Below the pieces are notes generated by a model. It was not told the origin of the DNA and ran no database searches. It worked only from the letters and a program-made list of their open reading frames with translations. The translations under genes were made by a program, and so were the position numbers. Positions 62,971 to 64,000 of a DNA stretch of 64,000 nt are shown here, piece after piece. Source of the DNA: an uncultured Candidatus Saccharibacteria bacterium (GTDB taxonomy: Bacteria > Patescibacteriota > Saccharimonadia > Saccharimonadales > UBA10212); the NCBI GenBank assembly GCA_965231085.1, contig OZ246413.1, positions 155,991-219,990 on the forward strand, read 5' to 3'. How positions within the stretch are numbered: the first letter of the stretch is position 1; each line of letters opens with the position of its first letter.

Positions 62971-63119
62971 GAACTCGAATGCCAATAAAGGTACAGAGTA
63001 ACTCCCGAGCGTACAAAGTCCGAGTGAGAGTCCTTTAACTAAGACTTTTGCCCGAACACCGGGAATTGGCAGTGCAAATTACGCTAAACATGCACTGCCA
63101 CCAAAATAAAAACAAAAAT

Positions 63120-63467
63120 ATGACATACTCAAGCACTGTATCAGCACAAAGAAGAGGCTATGCGTCACGCAATCAAAACGCAGTAAGTTTTACGGCTACA
63201 AGCCGAGCTCTAGGACCAGTAAGCAATACTATCATTTTGATTGTCTTGGCTTGCTTAATCGGCTTACTGTATTTAACTCAAGTAACTAAAACTAACAGTT
63301 ACGGCTATACTATTAACAGTCTGCAGCAGCAGCAAAATCAATTAAAGGATGAAAAGGCGAATCTAGAAGTTGCATCTGCGAGACTTCAGTCACTAGACAG
63401 GGTAGCTAGTAGCGATGTTGCAAAAACTCTGGTTTCTGTTGCACCGAGCGGATCAATCGCACAATAG
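63120..63467 (+). CDS. ftsL: FtsL-like cell-division protein
   Basis: ATG at 63120. One TM segment followed by a coiled coil (LQQQQNQLKDEKANLE). Sits between rsmH and ftsI. Confidence 0.6.
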   Translation: MTYSSTVSAQRRGYASRNQNAVSFTATSRALGPVSNTIILIVLACLIGLLYLTQVTKTNSYGYTINSLQQQQNQLKDEKANLEVASARLQSLDRVASSDVAKTLVSVAPSGSIAQ

Positions 63468-63482
63468 TTCTTGAAGTAGTTC

Positions 63483-64000
63483 ATGAATCCAAATTACAAT
63501 CAGTCGAACAAGCATAGGGTATTTAGCGCCAATCGTCGACTAGGCATCTGGTATGGTGTCTTAGTTTTTATTATCATCGCCTGCATACTCCGGCTGTTTT
63601 ATCTGCAGATAATTAGACACGATCATTATAGACAGGCAGCCATGACTAGCCAGCTCAAACAATATTCGATTGCGCCGGAGCGGGGAATTATTAAAGCCTA
63701 TGAAGCCGGCAAGCAAGTGCCACTGGTACTCAATCAAAAACTCTATACCCTATATGCTGATCCAAAATTTATCAAGAACGCTTCGGAAGATTCACTGAAG
63801 CTAGCAGCTATTATTGGCGGTAATCCACAGGAATACAGCAACCTAATGGGTACTAAGCTTCGCTATGTAATTTTGGCAAAACGTCTTAGCGAAGATCAGG
63901 CTAATAAGATCAAAGCTCTTAAACTCCCGGGCATCGGAACTCAGGCCCTGGATTATAGAACCTATCCGCAGGGAGTTCTAGCTGCCCAAGTACTAGGATT
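63483..64000 (+). CDS. ftsI: Penicillin-binding protein (FtsI/PBP2-type), C-terminally truncated by window edge
   Basis: My translation is MNPNYNQSNKHRVF..., then a TM segment, then LRLFYLQIIRHDHYRQAA...RTYPQGVLAAQVLG. The frame is open to base 64000. Confidence 0.75.
   Translation, partial: MNPNYNQSNKHRVFSANRRLGIWYGVLVFIIIACILRLFYLQIIRHDHYRQAAMTSQLKQYSIAPERGIIKAYEAGKQVPLVLNQKLYTLYADPKFIKNASEDSLKLAAIIGGNPQEYSNLMGTKLRYVILAKRLSEDQANKIKALKLPGIGTQALDYRTYPQGVLAAQVLG

Noticed and set aside
1-64000. rRNA, tRNA, tmRNA, RNase P, SRP RNA, transposases and integrases
   Set aside because: I scanned the ORF-free gaps by eye and found no cloverleaf-like or signature sequences, and no recognisable recombinase among the ORFs. 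A tRNAscan or Infernal run would be definitive.

Overview
The window is 64 kb of a compact bacterial chromosome at roughly mid-40s %GC, judged by eye and a few hand-counted lines. The backbone is almost entirely housekeeping. It carries a truncated class II RNR and six aminoacyl-tRNA synthetases (IleRS, ProRS, class I LysRS, SerRS, GlyRS). It also has ribosomal proteins L21, L27, L31 and S2, EF-Ts, RRF, GreA, RF1 with PrmC, RF2, SecA, ParAB, LepB, an LCP protein, HtrA and RseP. Other backbone genes are FtsEX with a coiled-coil CHAP hydrolase and an S41 protease, PyrG, XseAB, RecO, and the start of a dcw cluster (mraZ-rsmH-ftsL-ftsI). Scanning ORF-free gaps by eye, I recognised no rRNA, tRNA, CRISPR array, transposase or integrase. 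The gene content and density suit a reduced-genome, CPR/Saccharibacteria-like organism, but that assignment is inference and cannot be tested here. The main anomaly is ten discrete high-GC cassettes (I1-I10, about 65-70% GC, about 7.4 kb in total). Each sits precisely in an intergenic gap between intact conserved genes. Most have an AT-rich sigma70-like promoter, a leader with a strong Shine-Dalgarno site, GC3-rich coding sequence and a GC-rich stem-loop downstream. Their products are seven tiny membrane peptides in one operon, three related 4-TM proteins sharing a G-H motif, four ORFans, an orphan BMP-family solute-binding protein, and a protein ending in an RNA polymerase alpha-CTD-like domain. 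Several cassettes share non-coding modules: a 38-nt hairpin, a leader box, an approximately 40-nt flank repeat and a hairpin family. One cassette is bracketed by perfect 12-bp inverted repeats. The backbone genes, by contrast, mostly look leaderless. Other notable items are four phased GTGGGTW MraZ operator boxes, a 490-nt ORF-free region with a 19-bp long-range stem between mraZ and rsmH, and an identical 17-nt gene junction used three times. All functional calls rest on motifs read by eye. No database search was possible.
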